DNA from: Patescibacteria group bacterium
Lineage (GTDB): Bacteria > Patescibacteriota > Patescibacteriia > Patescibacteriales > JAQTRU01
Direction of reading: 5' to 3'
Assembly (NCBI GenBank): GCA_028716725.1
Contig: JAQUPG010000002.1
Coordinates: 25,824-89,823, forward strand
DNA length: 64,000 nt
The translations under genes were made by a program, and so were the position numbers. Every line of letters starts with the position of its first letter. Within the stretch, counting starts at the first letter, position 1. This document shows positions 46,097-56,697 of the stretch, piece by piece. The notes under the pieces were generated by a model. It ran no database searches and had not been told where the DNA came from. It saw nothing but the letters and a program-made list of their open reading frames with translations.

Positions 46097-47833
46097 TTAT
46101 TTTCTGCTTTTTATCTTTTCTTTTACTTCAGCAATAAATTTTTCTTTATCCACTTCTCTGGTCTTCTGCTCCCCGCGATCGCGCACGGCTAAATTGGCAG
46201 ATCCCATCTCTTTATCTCCGACCACCAAAACATAAGGGGTCTTTTCGCCCACCGCTTTCCTGATTTTATTGCCCACGGTTTCATTGCTTTTATCCACCTC
46301 CACTCTGACATCTTCTTTTCTAAAATCTCCAGCTAACTTTTGGCAAAATTCAATATGGCCTTCTCCGACGGAAATGATTTTAACCTGCACGGGAGCCAGC
46401 CAAACCGGAAAAGCGCCGGCGTAATGCTCAATCAAAATTCCGATAAAGCGTTCCAAGGACCCCATCAAAGCCCGATGGACTATTACTGGCTGTTTTTCTT
46501 TCCCCTCTTTATCTATATATTTTAAACTGAATTTTTCCGGCATGAAAAAATCTAACTGAATTGTGCCTGTCTGCCAGGTCCGGCCCAAGCTGTCTTTAAC
46601 ATGGATATCAATTTTTGGACCGTAAAAAGCCCCGTCTTTTTCTTTTAATCCGTATCCTATTTTATTTTTCTTTAAAGCGTTAGCTAGAGCTTTTTCCGCC
46701 TTGGCCCAGATTTTAGGATCACCCATGGCGTCGTCAGGCCGAGTGCTTAAAAATACTTCGGTTTTTAAGCCAAACGGCTCATATATTTCCTGCATAATCT
46801 TTAAAACCTCAGTCACTTCGTCTTCAATCATATCCTCGCTGATAAAAATATGGGCATCATCTTGGGTAATGTGCTGGACCCGCAAAAGGCCGTGCAGTTC
46901 TCCGGATTTTTCATTTCTATACACAATTCCCAATTCAGACCAGCGTAAAGGAAAATCCCGGTAGCTTCTTAAATCCTCTTTATAAACTAAAATCGCGCCC
47001 GGGCAATCCATCGGCCGTAAGGCCATTTTTCTGCCCTCATTGGAAGTAAAAAACATACTGTCTTTATAATGTTCATAATGGCCGGATTGCTTCCAAAGGC
47101 CAACGTCCAAAATATGGGGCAACTTTAATTCCGCATAACCGTGATTTCTCTGGATTTTCCGCCAACGCTCGGCCAAAGTGTTAAAAATAATATTGCCTTT
47201 GTCGTGCCAGAAAGGCATGCCCGGCGCTTCCTCGTGCATTGAGAATAAATCCAGTTCTTTGCCGATTTTCCTATGGTCTCTTTTTTCCGCTTCCGCCATC
47301 ATTTTTAAATAATCTTCCAGTTCTTTTTTAGATGCAAAAGCCGCGGCGTAAATCCGGGTAAGCATCGGCCTTTTTTCATCTCCGCGCCAATAAGCCCCGG
47401 CCAGTTTCGTTAATTTAAAACCGGAATTTTTCAGCTTGCCGCTTGAAACTAAATGCGGTCCGCGGCACAGATCAATAAAGTCTTCCAACTTATAATAACT
47501 GACTTTCTTTTCACCCTCGCTTTTAAAATCTTTTACCAGCTCCTGTTTATAAATTTGCCCTGATTTTTTCTCCTTGGCAATCGCTTCATCTATTTTCATT
47601 TCTGACCTTTCAAACTTTAAGTCTTTTTTTATAATCTCTTCCATTTTTTTCTCAATTTTTGCTAAATCTTCCTCGCTTACTTTCTCCTGGCCAAAGTCAA
47701 AATCATAATAAAATCCGTTCTCTATGGCCGGGCCGATAGCGAATTTTACTTTTGGCCAAAGCTGCCTAACAGCCGCGGCCATAACATGCGACAGCGAATG
47801 CCGCATAATCTCTAATTCTTTTTCTTTATCCAT
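46097..47833 (-). CDS. thrS: threonyl-tRNA synthetase
   Basis: Editing-domain HxxxH (RHSLSHVMAAAV), class II motifs and a C-terminal anticodon-binding domain. Confidence 0.9.
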   Translation of the reverse strand: MDKEKELEIMRHSLSHVMAAAVRQLWPKVKFAIGPAIENGFYYDFDFGQEKVSEEDLAKIEKKMEEIIKKDLKFERSEMKIDEAIAKEKKSGQIYKQELVKDFKSEGEKKVSYYKLEDFIDLCRGPHLVSSGKLKNSGFKLTKLAGAYWRGDEKRPMLTRIYAAAFASKKELEDYLKMMAEAEKRDHRKIGKELDLFSMHEEAPGMPFWHDKGNIIFNTLAERWRKIQRNHGYAELKLPHILDVGLWKQSGHYEHYKDSMFFTSNEGRKMALRPMDCPGAILVYKEDLRSYRDFPLRWSELGIVYRNEKSGELHGLLRVQHITQDDAHIFISEDMIEDEVTEVLKIMQEIYEPFGLKTEVFLSTRPDDAMGDPKIWAKAEKALANALKKNKIGYGLKEKDGAFYGPKIDIHVKDSLGRTWQTGTIQLDFFMPEKFSLKYIDKEGKEKQPVIVHRALMGSLERFIGILIEHYAGAFPVWLAPVQVKIISVGEGHIEFCQKLAGDFRKEDVRVEVDKSNETVGNKIRKAVGEKTPYVLVVGDKEMGSANLAVRDRGEQKTREVDKEKFIAEVKEKIKSRK

Positions 47834-47844
47834 ATTTTTATATT

Positions 47845-48384
47845 TTAATTCTTATATTCTTTTCTCAAAATTCCCATAATAATCTCATCTAAATATTTTC
47901 CTCTTTTCATAATAGATTTTCTTTTTCTCCCTTCCTCTTTGAAGCCACATTTAGTATAACACTTGAATCCGGCTATATTGAGAGGATAAACAGACAACTC
48001 TACTCTATTTAATTTTAGTCTAGTAAAACAAAATTTTAAAACCGTCTTTAGGGTGTCGGTGCCATAACCCTGACCCCAATAACTTTTTTCGCCAATTACG
48101 ATCCCCCAAGTAGCTTTTTTATTTCTTTTTAAATCTAAATCGTGCAATCCCGTATCGCCAATATGTAGTCCTCCCATAGTATAAATAGACCACACTATTT
48201 TATTTTTATTCTTCCTAATATTTTTGATAATTTTTCTTTCCTTTTTTAAATTCAAATCCTTCCCTTCTACCCTTAAGAACCTAGTAACTTTAGAATCTTT
48301 AAACCAATGCAAAAAATTCTCAGCTTCGCTAACTTTTATCGGTTTAAGTATTACTTTTTCCCCTTTTAAAATTGGCCCAATCAT
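47845..48384 (-). CDS. GNAT family N-acetyltransferase (RimJ/RimL-like)
   Basis: GQGYGTDTL acetyl-CoA binding motif. Confidence 0.7.
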   Translation of the reverse strand: MIGPILKGEKVILKPIKVSEAENFLHWFKDSKVTRFLRVEGKDLNLKKERKIIKNIRKNKNKIVWSIYTMGGLHIGDTGLHDLDLKRNKKATWGIVIGEKSYWGQGYGTDTLKTVLKFCFTRLKLNRVELSVYPLNIAGFKCYTKCGFKEEGRKRKSIMKRGKYLDEIIMGILRKEYKN

Positions 48385-48439
48385 ATTATTCTTAATTCTA
48401 AATTCTTACTTCTTAATTTAAAAACTCCGCCTCAATGCC

Positions 48440-48560
48440 TTAAAATAATTTAACGCACCGGGACGGAGTTTTTAATTCCGCGGTTCCACCCAGCTTGTCT
48501 CGCCTTTGGGCAAGACCTCTCTTCCCCTATCCCTCTGGTTTAGTCCCGGATACCCGGAAT
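48440..48560. other. GC-rich non-coding block with hairpins (tcccggatacccgga), function unknown
   Basis: ~55% GC, no ORF. Lies between the GNAT gene and the acidic ORF. Confidence 0.25.
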
Positions 48561-48627
48561 CCCGAATTTTCAGGACCATGGCTGGTAACCATAGCAATCA
48601 CCTTATGGATAGTTATAATAAATTTTA

Positions 48628-49002
48628 TTAAGCGACATTTTTTATTCTTTCTATTTCATCCATCTCTTCCTCGAACACACTATTAATAAAGGCGGTACCC
48701 ATCTCGCTATGGACTTTTTCTCTTAATTCATCCCGGCTTAATTCATTATTGCTCGGCTCTAAAAAAGTATCAATGGTTATTATCCTGTTAAAAGCCTTCC
48801 AATGCGCATTATGAGTTTCTGAATTAGCCGGGAGGCTCTCTCTTAATAACTTTTGATCCTCATCATGTAAACTATCACGCTTAACTCTTAATTCATTCCT
48901 CCATTTTTCTTCGCTATCCTCCTGTCCTCTCTCTTGAGACTCATTTCCTTCGCTGGCAGACATATTTAGCCCTTTTTCCCCGGACCCAAAAAATTTAAAC
49001 AT
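48628..49002 (-). CDS. hypothetical acidic protein
   Basis: 124-aa ORF rich in Glu/Asp. No motif. Confidence 0.4.
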   Translation of the reverse strand: MFKFFGSGEKGLNMSASEGNESQERGQEDSEEKWRNELRVKRDSLHDEDQKLLRESLPANSETHNAHWKAFNRIITIDTFLEPSNNELSRDELREKVHSEMGTAFINSVFEEEMDEIERIKNVA

Positions 49003-49037
49003 ATATTTATTTCAATTATAAACTTTTCTTTAATTTT

Positions 49038-50483
49038 CTATTTCTTCATTTCTATTTTAATCCGATCCGCTAAATTCGGCACTTTATCTATAAAAGACGG
49101 GAAGAAATTAATTTCATAGCCGGCGATTTCCTTAAAGCCGCTTAAATAATCTTCTAATTGGGCGCGGGTTAAATTAACGATTTTCTGCCGGTCAATGATA
49201 TCGGCCCCGCCTTTTAAGCTCATTTTCCCCTCAAAAGTAGCATTAACCGTTGCCCGGCCCGTTTCTAGGTCAAAATTATTTAAAGTGTAATTTATCTCTT
49301 CGGGCTTAAATTCTATCAATTCCTTATTATCCGGCACTACTTCTTCTAATTTTCCTTTAGCCATTTTTCCGGCTTCGTCGCCGGAGAAAGCGACAATCGT
49401 TACCATCGCCTTCATGCTGACATCGAATTTATCCTTCTCTTCGCCCACCTTACCGTTGACCTCGGTGCTGATGGTATTTTCATCGACGCTGTAAATAACT
49501 TCATTATAACCCTTATAATTTTCCCCTAGTTCGTTTTTCGCTTTTTCCAAAAGGCTTCTTTTTAAATCCTTAATCGCCTGGTCAATGTCCGATTGCTGAA
49601 TATATTTTTTTGCCTGCTGCCCATAAACGAATTTCTCTTTGCTTTCCGCATAAATCTTATCCTGCAACCCGGCCCATAATCCCGGAATGGTGAATTTCGT
49701 CGGGCCGATAGCCATATCCGCGCTCACCTCATCGGCGTATATTTCCACTTCCTGCGACCCGCCTGCCGGCACATTGATTGTGTTTTTTATCCGGAAAAGT
49801 TTATTGTCCGGAGACAGCAATCTCGTTGTCGCCACCAAGGGCTGATTCTTATTGTAATTATTTATAACCGTAACCTTTCCGGTCACTTCTTCGCCGATCT
49901 TTTCCGACCCGCTGGCGGAATAGGTATTTTTTTCCTCAATGCTGGTTTGTTCCACGATGCCGGTTAACGATTTCCCCGGTACGGCCGGCTCGCTCCCGTT
50001 TCCATAGATATCTATAGCCAAACTGTCGCTTAATCTTTCCTGCGCCGGTATTAAAACAATATTTAACTTTACAAAAGAAAAATAAAAAATAACACCTAGC
50101 AAAACAACGGTTAAAACAATAAAACTCACGGCTATTTTTCGGTATAAATTTATTTTTGGGGAATTCATATTTTTTTTCGCCTCTTTTCCGGCCGGTCCGC
50201 CCAAACTCGGCGAAGCTGAGACAGCCTCGCTCGCCTTACTTTGCCTGCCTCGCTCTGCGGGCAAGGCTGGCGGCCGAAGCGGGCTTGGTTCTAATTTTTT
50301 AAAATTTTTATTCTGCTTTTTAAAGTTATAGCCAGTATTAACTGCAGAGGAAGAAGACGGCCGGAGAACTTTACCTATTTTGGGGAGAGGCTTAGCCTCT
50401 TTTTCAATAATTACAGGAACGACCTCTTTTTTGGCTTTATCTGGGAGAGAAGATTTCCCTGTTTTTTTCTTCGCTCTTGGCAT
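49038..50483 (-). CDS. hypothetical membrane-anchored protein (Lys/Pro-rich N-terminus, one TM, large extracytoplasmic domain)
   Basis: 481 aa. The N-terminal region includes a GC-rich in-frame segment. Confidence 0.5.
   Translation of the reverse strand: MPRAKKKTGKSSLPDKAKKEVVPVIIEKEAKPLPKIGKVLRPSSSSAVNTGYNFKKQNKNFKKLEPSPLRPPALPAERGRQSKASEAVSASPSLGGPAGKEAKKNMNSPKINLYRKIAVSFIVLTVVLLGVIFYFSFVKLNIVLIPAQERLSDSLAIDIYGNGSEPAVPGKSLTGIVEQTSIEEKNTYSASGSEKIGEEVTGKVTVINNYNKNQPLVATTRLLSPDNKLFRIKNTINVPAGGSQEVEIYADEVSADMAIGPTKFTIPGLWAGLQDKIYAESKEKFVYGQQAKKYIQQSDIDQAIKDLKRSLLEKAKNELGENYKGYNEVIYSVDENTISTEVNGKVGEEKDKFDVSMKAMVTIVAFSGDEAGKMAKGKLEEVVPDNKELIEFKPEEINYTLNNFDLETGRATVNATFEGKMSLKGGADIIDRQKIVNLTRAQLEDYLSGFKEIAGYEINFFPSFIDKVPNLADRIKIEMKK
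50180..50295. repeat. GC-rich repeat-family element in frame within the 481-aa gene
   Basis: ~115 nt at ~68% GC encoding LRPPALPAERGRQSKASEAVSASPSLGGPAGKEA. Shares CTCGGCGAAG, GCCTCGCT and GCCGAAGCGGGC motifs with the intergenic elements at 36808 and 37748. Confidence 0.5.
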
Positions 50484-50534
50484 AATACCTCCTTATTTTA
50501 AAAACTAAAATATATTATTAATATAACAAACTTT

Positions 50535-53500
50535 TTATTTTTTGTCTACAACCTCCAGGCTGTCGCCGAATAAACCAATTATTTCCTCCCTTAAATAATA
50601 ATTGTTGTTCACGCGAAAACTCGTTTCCATTACGTTCCTCCCCCCGGCCTGCTTAACTATAAAATAAACTTTATCTTCTCCCCTGTTCTTTAAAAATATC
50701 CCCTTGAGTTCTAGAAGCTCTTCGGAATTCAAACTCTTTTTAAATAACAGCCCCAAAGGCCGGCTGATAGCTTTAGAAGGAGAAGGAACCGCTGTCTGGC
50801 TGGCGAATTTTTCCCTGCGGCCGCTTAAGTTATTTCCGCCTTTTCCCCGGGTAAAACCGTTATTAACCGCTATTTTTTTAAAATTATTCAGGGAATTTTC
50901 AATGGTTTCTAAAATTAATTCTTCGGCTTTATTGGCTAATAATTTTATTTCCCGGTCTTTGGTAGATATCTTCCCCTGGCAGATAACCGCTTTCCCTTCC
51001 TGCCAGATATGGCCGGTTTCCTTTAATAAGCGCGGAAACACTAAAATTTCCACATTGCTTATCGCATCCTCTATCTTAACAAAAAACATTGATTCGTTTG
51101 TGCGGGTAATTATTTTTTTTATGCCGGTAACTATGCCGGAAACATTAACCAGTTCGCCATTTCCGTTTTGGCCGGAAGAAAGATTCACTTCTCCATCAGG
51201 GCCGAAATCCTCTAACAAGGCCGATTGCAATTGGGCTAAGGGGGTAATTGTATCCAGTAAATATTTTTCATAGCTGGAAAACGGATGTTCAGTAATATAA
51301 AAGCCCAATAATTCCTTTTCCCAATTAAGCTTTTCCCGTTCTTGGGCCGGCGGAGCCGGGGCCATTCTTGTCCCGTTTCCTCTTTCTAAATTAGGGGAGT
51401 CAATAAATAGACTGTTTTGTTTGCTCCCCTTGGCCTTACTTATCTCCTTATTAAAGATAAGCAGGCCGTCAATATTGGCAAGCATCTGCCCCCGCTCCCC
51501 GAATTGGTCTAACCCTCCGCTTTTTATAAGGCTTTCCAGGGATTTCTTATTTAAATCCTTGTCAGTCACCCTGGTTAAAAAATCAAAAATATCTTTGTAA
51601 GGCCCGTTCGCTTTTCTTTCTTTTATAATCATTTCCACGATATGCTCGCCGACATTCTTCACGGCTCTTAAGCCAAAACGGATAGTCTTAACTTCTTCAT
51701 CCTCCCCGACCGCCCGGTTGGTTTTCGTGCCGCTGGTAACGACGGTAAAAGAAGCAAAAGATTCGTTTATATCGGGCGGCATGATCTTAATTCCCATTTT
51801 CCGGCATTCTTCAATCTCAATGGTAATTCTGTCCGTATTCTGCTGGTCGGAAGTTAGCAGAGCGGCCATAAACTCCGCCGGCCAATGAGCTTTTAAATAA
51901 GCGGTCTGATAGCCGATTAAAGCATAGCAGGCGGCGTGGCTCCTGTTAAAGCCATAGCCGGCGAACGGCTCAATAAAGGAAAAAATCTTTTCCGCCTGCT
52001 CCTTGGCAATGCCGTTCTTCACGCAGCCGTCAACAAATTTTTCCCTTTGTCTGGCCAGTAATTCTAAAATCTTTTTCCCGACGGCTTTTCTTAAAACATC
52101 CGCCTCGGCCATGGAAAACCCAGCCAAGCTTTTAGCGATTTCCATAACCTGTTCCTGGTAAATCGCCACGCCGTAGGTTTTAGAAAGGATCGGTTCCAGC
52201 TTAGGGTGAAGGTAGGAAACTTTTTTGCGCTTATGCTTCCCGCTGATATAATCGTCTATCCATTCCATCGGGCCGGGCCGATACAGGGCCACCATGGCGA
52301 TAATATCTTCAAATTCCGTGGGTTTAAGCTCGCGCAAATATCGCTTCATGCCGGAAGATTCAAATTGGAAGACTCCCGTTGTTTCCCCGGCTTGAAATAA
52401 CTCATAAGTCTTTTTGTCACTCAAAGGGATACTATCGATATTGATTTCAAGGCCGCGAGTATTTTTTATGATTTTTATGGCCGACTCGATAATCGTCAAG
52501 TTTTTAAGCCCTAAAAAATCCATCTTTAAGAGGCCCAAGTCCTCAATCGGATGCAGGCTGTACTGGGAAACAATGCTCTTATCGGAAGAAGAAGCGTATT
52601 GCAAGGGCACATAATTTACTAAAGGCTCTTTAGTAATAAGGACCCCGCAAGCATGGGTAGAGGCGTGCCGAGCCACGCCCTCTAAACGTTTGGCATAATT
52701 AATAATCCGCCGGGCCGCTTCTTCGTTTTTATATATTTCTTTTAACTCATCAACATTTTTAAGGGCCTCATCAATTTTAAAAAACATCGGGATCATCTTG
52801 GCTAATTTATCGCAATAGTCATAAGGGTAATCAAGAACCCGGCCGACATCGCGCACAGCCGCTCTGGCCGCCATCGTCCCGAAAGTTATGATCTGGGCGA
52901 CATGGTCCTGGCCGTATTTTTCTTCCACATAACGGATTACCTCATCCCGCCCGGTATCGGCAAAATCCATATCTATATCCGGCATGGAGATACGGTCAGG
53001 ATTTAAAAAACGCTCAAACAGCAAATCGTATTTTAAGGGATCAAGGTTGGTTATGCCCGTCAGATAACAGACTAAGGAACCGGCCGCTGAGCCGCGCCCC
53101 GGCCCGACGACAATCCCATTGTCTTTCGCCCAATTAACGAAATCCGCCACAATCAAAAAATAAGAAGAAAAGCCCACTTTTTCAATTACGGATAATTCAT
53201 AATCCATCCTCTCTCTTATGGCTTTGCTGGCTTCATCGTAACTTTTTCCGTATCTTTTGGAGAGCCCCTGCCGGCACAAATGCCCTAAATAATTTATTTC
53301 ATTATAGCCCTCCGGCACCTCAAAAAAGGGAAGGGTAATATCGCCTAAATTAATATTCACTTCGCAAGCGGCCGCAATTTTTTCCGTATTGGCAATCGCT
53401 TCCGGCGCCTCGCGAAAAGCTTCAATTATTTCCCGGCCCGGCCGCAAAGAATAGTCGACGCCGGTCATATTCATCCGGTCGCTGTCTTCTTTCTTTTTTT

Positions 53501-54179
53501 TATTCTGCAGGCAAAGAAGAATATCCTGGGCTTCGTCATCTTCCTTTTTTAAATAATGGACATCATTGGTGGCAATCAAGGGGACCCCCAATTCCCGGGA
53601 AAATTCAATCAATTTCTTATTAACTTCGGCTTGGCCGGGAAGATTAGGATGATCCTGCAGTTCCAGATAAAAATTATCCTGTCCGAAAAGCTCATTATAT
53701 TCCTCAATTCTTTGCCGGGCTTTTTCCGGCTTGCCTGATAAAATCAGATGGGGTATTTCTCCGCCCAGACAGGCGGTAGCGGCAATCAGGCCGTCATGAT
53801 ATTTTTCTAAAACTTCCCAGTCTATTCTCGGCTTATAATAGAACCCTTCCAGATGGCCGATGGTCGTGAGCTTTATTAAATTTTTGTAGCCCTCATTATT
53901 TTTCGCCAAGAGAATGAGATGGTAATAATGTTCATCCGCTCTGGAATTTTTGTCAAAACGGGATTTTGGCGCGAGATAGGCTTCAACTCCAATGATCGGC
54001 TTTATCCCGGCCTTCTTGCATTTCTGGTAAAATTCAATTGCCCCATACATAACCCCGTGGTCAGTCAAAGCCAAAGCTTCGGCTCCGTCTTCTTTGGCCG
54101 CGGCCACGAGTTCATCTATCTTGGTTAAGCCGTCAAGCAAAGAATAATGGCTATGGAGATGGAGATGGACAAATTTCAT
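50535..54179 (-). CDS. dnaE: DNA polymerase III alpha subunit
   Basis: PHP domain (HLHLHSHYSLLDG), the polymerase core and a C-terminal OB domain. 1214 aa. Confidence 0.95.
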   Translation of the reverse strand: MKFVHLHLHSHYSLLDGLTKIDELVAAAKEDGAEALALTDHGVMYGAIEFYQKCKKAGIKPIIGVEAYLAPKSRFDKNSRADEHYYHLILLAKNNEGYKNLIKLTTIGHLEGFYYKPRIDWEVLEKYHDGLIAATACLGGEIPHLILSGKPEKARQRIEEYNELFGQDNFYLELQDHPNLPGQAEVNKKLIEFSRELGVPLIATNDVHYLKKEDDEAQDILLCLQNKKKKEDSDRMNMTGVDYSLRPGREIIEAFREAPEAIANTEKIAAACEVNINLGDITLPFFEVPEGYNEINYLGHLCRQGLSKRYGKSYDEASKAIRERMDYELSVIEKVGFSSYFLIVADFVNWAKDNGIVVGPGRGSAAGSLVCYLTGITNLDPLKYDLLFERFLNPDRISMPDIDMDFADTGRDEVIRYVEEKYGQDHVAQIITFGTMAARAAVRDVGRVLDYPYDYCDKLAKMIPMFFKIDEALKNVDELKEIYKNEEAARRIINYAKRLEGVARHASTHACGVLITKEPLVNYVPLQYASSSDKSIVSQYSLHPIEDLGLLKMDFLGLKNLTIIESAIKIIKNTRGLEINIDSIPLSDKKTYELFQAGETTGVFQFESSGMKRYLRELKPTEFEDIIAMVALYRPGPMEWIDDYISGKHKRKKVSYLHPKLEPILSKTYGVAIYQEQVMEIAKSLAGFSMAEADVLRKAVGKKILELLARQREKFVDGCVKNGIAKEQAEKIFSFIEPFAGYGFNRSHAACYALIGYQTAYLKAHWPAEFMAALLTSDQQNTDRITIEIEECRKMGIKIMPPDINESFASFTVVTSGTKTNRAVGEDEEVKTIRFGLRAVKNVGEHIVEMIIKERKANGPYKDIFDFLTRVTDKDLNKKSLESLIKSGGLDQFGERGQMLANIDGLLIFNKEISKAKGSKQNSLFIDSPNLERGNGTRMAPAPPAQEREKLNWEKELLGFYITEHPFSSYEKYLLDTITPLAQLQSALLEDFGPDGEVNLSSGQNGNGELVNVSGIVTGIKKIITRTNESMFFVKIEDAISNVEILVFPRLLKETGHIWQEGKAVICQGKISTKDREIKLLANKAEELILETIENSLNNFKKIAVNNGFTRGKGGNNLSGRREKFASQTAVPSPSKAISRPLGLLFKKSLNSEELLELKGIFLKNRGEDKVYFIVKQAGGRNVMETSFRVNNNYYLREEIIGLFGDSLEVVDKK

Positions 54180-54363
54180 AATCTTATTGTCATTCCGGGC
54201 TTGACCCGGAATCCATTTTAATCCTTATTTCACCTATTATCATACCTAAGAAAAAGGGGGTTGGCAAATGAAAAAAATTTTCAATTTTAGCCACAATAAA
54301 AATACCCTCCTTGTAAAGGAGGGAGGGGGAGGTTAAGGTTCATAAAATCTAACCCCTTTGGCA

Positions 54364-54397
54364 GGGTCACAGTCCCTTTTCAGGAGACTGTGACCGG
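54364..54397 (-). terminator. 10-bp perfect hairpin ggtcacagtc/gactgtgacc downstream of uppP
   Basis: Read directly. Neighbouring hairpins ttccggg-cttga-cccggaa and ccctccttgtaaaggaggg. Confidence 0.45.
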
Positions 54398-54416
54398 GCT
54401 AACTTATACTCGAAAT

Positions 54417-55187
54417 CTAGCACCAAAGCCAGGCTAAAATTATTAATCCTAAAATTATCCGATAAACTCCAAAATAGAAAAAATTATATTTAGTGATAAA
54501 TTTCAGGAAAAATTTCACACCAGCCAGGGCGGCAAAAAAAGAAACTAAAAAACCGACTAAAAGCGCTTCAAGTTCCCCGCCAGAAAAATTAAATCCGGTT
54601 TTAATTAAATCATACCCGGTTGCCGCCAGCATCGTCGGAACAGCCAGCAAAAAAGAGAATTCCACGATGGCCCGGCGGGAAAGCTTTAAAGACAAACCGC
54701 CGATAATCGTGGCGGCCGCCCGAGAAACTCCGGGAATCACCGCGACCGACTGGCACAAGCCGATTAAAAAAGCCTTTTTATAAGTAATTAAATCGCTCCC
54801 GTTATCCGCGGTTCTTTTGCTCTTGCCCGCCTCAAAAATAATAATAATTATTCCGCCCAGGAGCAAAGCCAAGGCGATAACCGAAAGGCTCTCCATTAAA
54901 AAATTCTTTATAATCTGGTAAAAAATAAAACCGACCACGGCGGTCGGCAAAAAAGCTACAATTATTTTTTTTAAATAGTCCAAATCTTTTAAAAATTTTT
55001 GCCAATACAAAACCATGACAGCCAGAATCGCACCCAATTGGATGATAATTTCAAAACTTTTGGCAAATTCAGTTTGGCCGATCGCCAAAAGCCTGGCCGC
55101 GATTATTAGATGGGCGGTTGAAGAAATGGGCAAGAACTCGGTCAAACCCTCAACGATGCCCAAAACTATACTTTGAATAAAATCCAT
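54417..55187 (-). CDS. uppP: undecaprenyl-diphosphate phosphatase
   Basis: GLTEFLPISSTAHL and the PGVSRS-type motif. About 8 TMs. Confidence 0.85.
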   Translation of the reverse strand: MDFIQSIVLGIVEGLTEFLPISSTAHLIIAARLLAIGQTEFAKSFEIIIQLGAILAVMVLYWQKFLKDLDYLKKIIVAFLPTAVVGFIFYQIIKNFLMESLSVIALALLLGGIIIIIFEAGKSKRTADNGSDLITYKKAFLIGLCQSVAVIPGVSRAAATIIGGLSLKLSRRAIVEFSFLLAVPTMLAATGYDLIKTGFNFSGGELEALLVGFLVSFFAALAGVKFFLKFITKYNFFYFGVYRIILGLIILAWLWC

Positions 55188-55205
55188 GGAGTTAAATGTT
55201 AATTG

Positions 55206-56612
55206 TCAATTCTTCATCTCTTCCAGCTTCACCTTAACTTCCTTGTTTTCACCCTTATGCAAAATCTTTAAAGTAATTTCATCTCCGACTTTAAATTTGC
55301 CGATCGCTGAAGACAGAGGATTATTGGCGTCAATTTTTTTGCCGTTTACTTCCAGAATAATATCATTTTCCGCTAACCCGGCTTTATCCGCTGGTGAACC
55401 AGGAATAACGGCCAAATCAGTCCGGTTTTCTCCCCGGACAATCAGGGCGCCGTAATCAACGCTTAATTTATTAGCATCAGCTATAGATTTATCAACCAAA
55501 ACATATCTTACCCCCAGCCAAGGCCTGACAATCCGGCCGTTTTTCTTAACGCTTTCAATCGTGTCTTTTAAATCATTAATCGGAATAGCAAAGCCGATAT
55601 TCTGGGCGTTCTGCGCGATGGCGGTATTTATGCCAATTACCTGGCCGGCCAGATTAAGCAACGGACCGCCGGAATTGCCGGAATTAATAGAGGCATCAGT
55701 CTGGATAACGCCGCTTAATTGTTCGCTTCCTAACCCGATCCCGCCGGCGGTAATTGAGCGGGACAAGCCGGAAATTACCCCGGTCGAAACCGTATTCCTG
55801 AATTCGCCCAAAGCATTGCCGATAGCGATGACAGTCTGCCCGACTTTTAAATTGCTTGAATCTCCTAATTCCACCGTCGGAAATTTTTCTCCCTCGCCCG
55901 CCGAAGCTTTGGCGGAGGCGGGCTCAATCTTTAAGACGGCTAAATCGGTGGCCGGATCCCGGGCCAAAACTTTCGCTTCATGTTTTGTTTCATCATTCAT
56001 TAAAACCGTATATTCCGCTTCTTCATCAAGAACCACGTGCTTGTTGGTGACTATATAACCGTCGGAAGAAACAATAAAGCCGGTGCCGCCCCCTATTTCC
56101 TGTTTCGTTGTGCCGTTCTGTTTTTGCTTCGGCGCAGGCGGATTGGCATTGGGGCCGAACAATTCATCAAAATTATCGCCGAAAAATTGGCGCAAAAAAT
56201 CGTCCCCAAAAGAATTATTATAATACTGTTCAACCGTGGGCAAATCCTTGCTGATAATAATGCTGACTACGGCCGGTGAAACTTTTTCCGCAGCCGTAAT
56301 AACGCCCGACTCCTCCTCTACTTTTACGATTTTCTCCCCCTGGTTTGCGCTTCCCTCTAACCCAGAACCAGCCGGCTGGCCGGTAGCAACCCCCTTTAAC
56401 CAGCTAAATAAATTAAATTGGGCGGCAGACGATACCGTGCCGGCCCAAAAACCCATTGCTCCCCCAAAAACAGAACTAACTATCATGGAAGAAACAATAA
56501 TGGTTATAAAAGTCTTCTTAAAATTGTTCTCCATATTAATTTTAGGATAAGGATGGGGAAAGATATCCTTTTTATATAATATAATACGAATTAAACCGCT
56601 TTCTGCTTTCAC
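55206..56612 (-). CDS. htrA: HtrA/DegP-family serine protease with PDZ domain
   Basis: Trypsin-like triad context and GNSGGPLLN. C-terminal PDZ. N-terminal TM anchor. Confidence 0.85.
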   Translation of the reverse strand: MKAESGLIRIILYKKDIFPHPYPKINMENNFKKTFITIIVSSMIVSSVFGGAMGFWAGTVSSAAQFNLFSWLKGVATGQPAGSGLEGSANQGEKIVKVEEESGVITAAEKVSPAVVSIIISKDLPTVEQYYNNSFGDDFLRQFFGDNFDELFGPNANPPAPKQKQNGTTKQEIGGGTGFIVSSDGYIVTNKHVVLDEEAEYTVLMNDETKHEAKVLARDPATDLAVLKIEPASAKASAGEGEKFPTVELGDSSNLKVGQTVIAIGNALGEFRNTVSTGVISGLSRSITAGGIGLGSEQLSGVIQTDASINSGNSGGPLLNLAGQVIGINTAIAQNAQNIGFAIPINDLKDTIESVKKNGRIVRPWLGVRYVLVDKSIADANKLSVDYGALIVRGENRTDLAVIPGSPADKAGLAENDIILEVNGKKIDANNPLSSAIGKFKVGDEITLKILHKGENKEVKVKLEEMKN

Positions 56613-56697
56613 GCTGTAGGATTCTCGGGATTTTTAAAAAACAACTCTATCTCAAGAATCCTAAGAGTCTTAAGAATCCCAAAAATCTCAATTAGCA

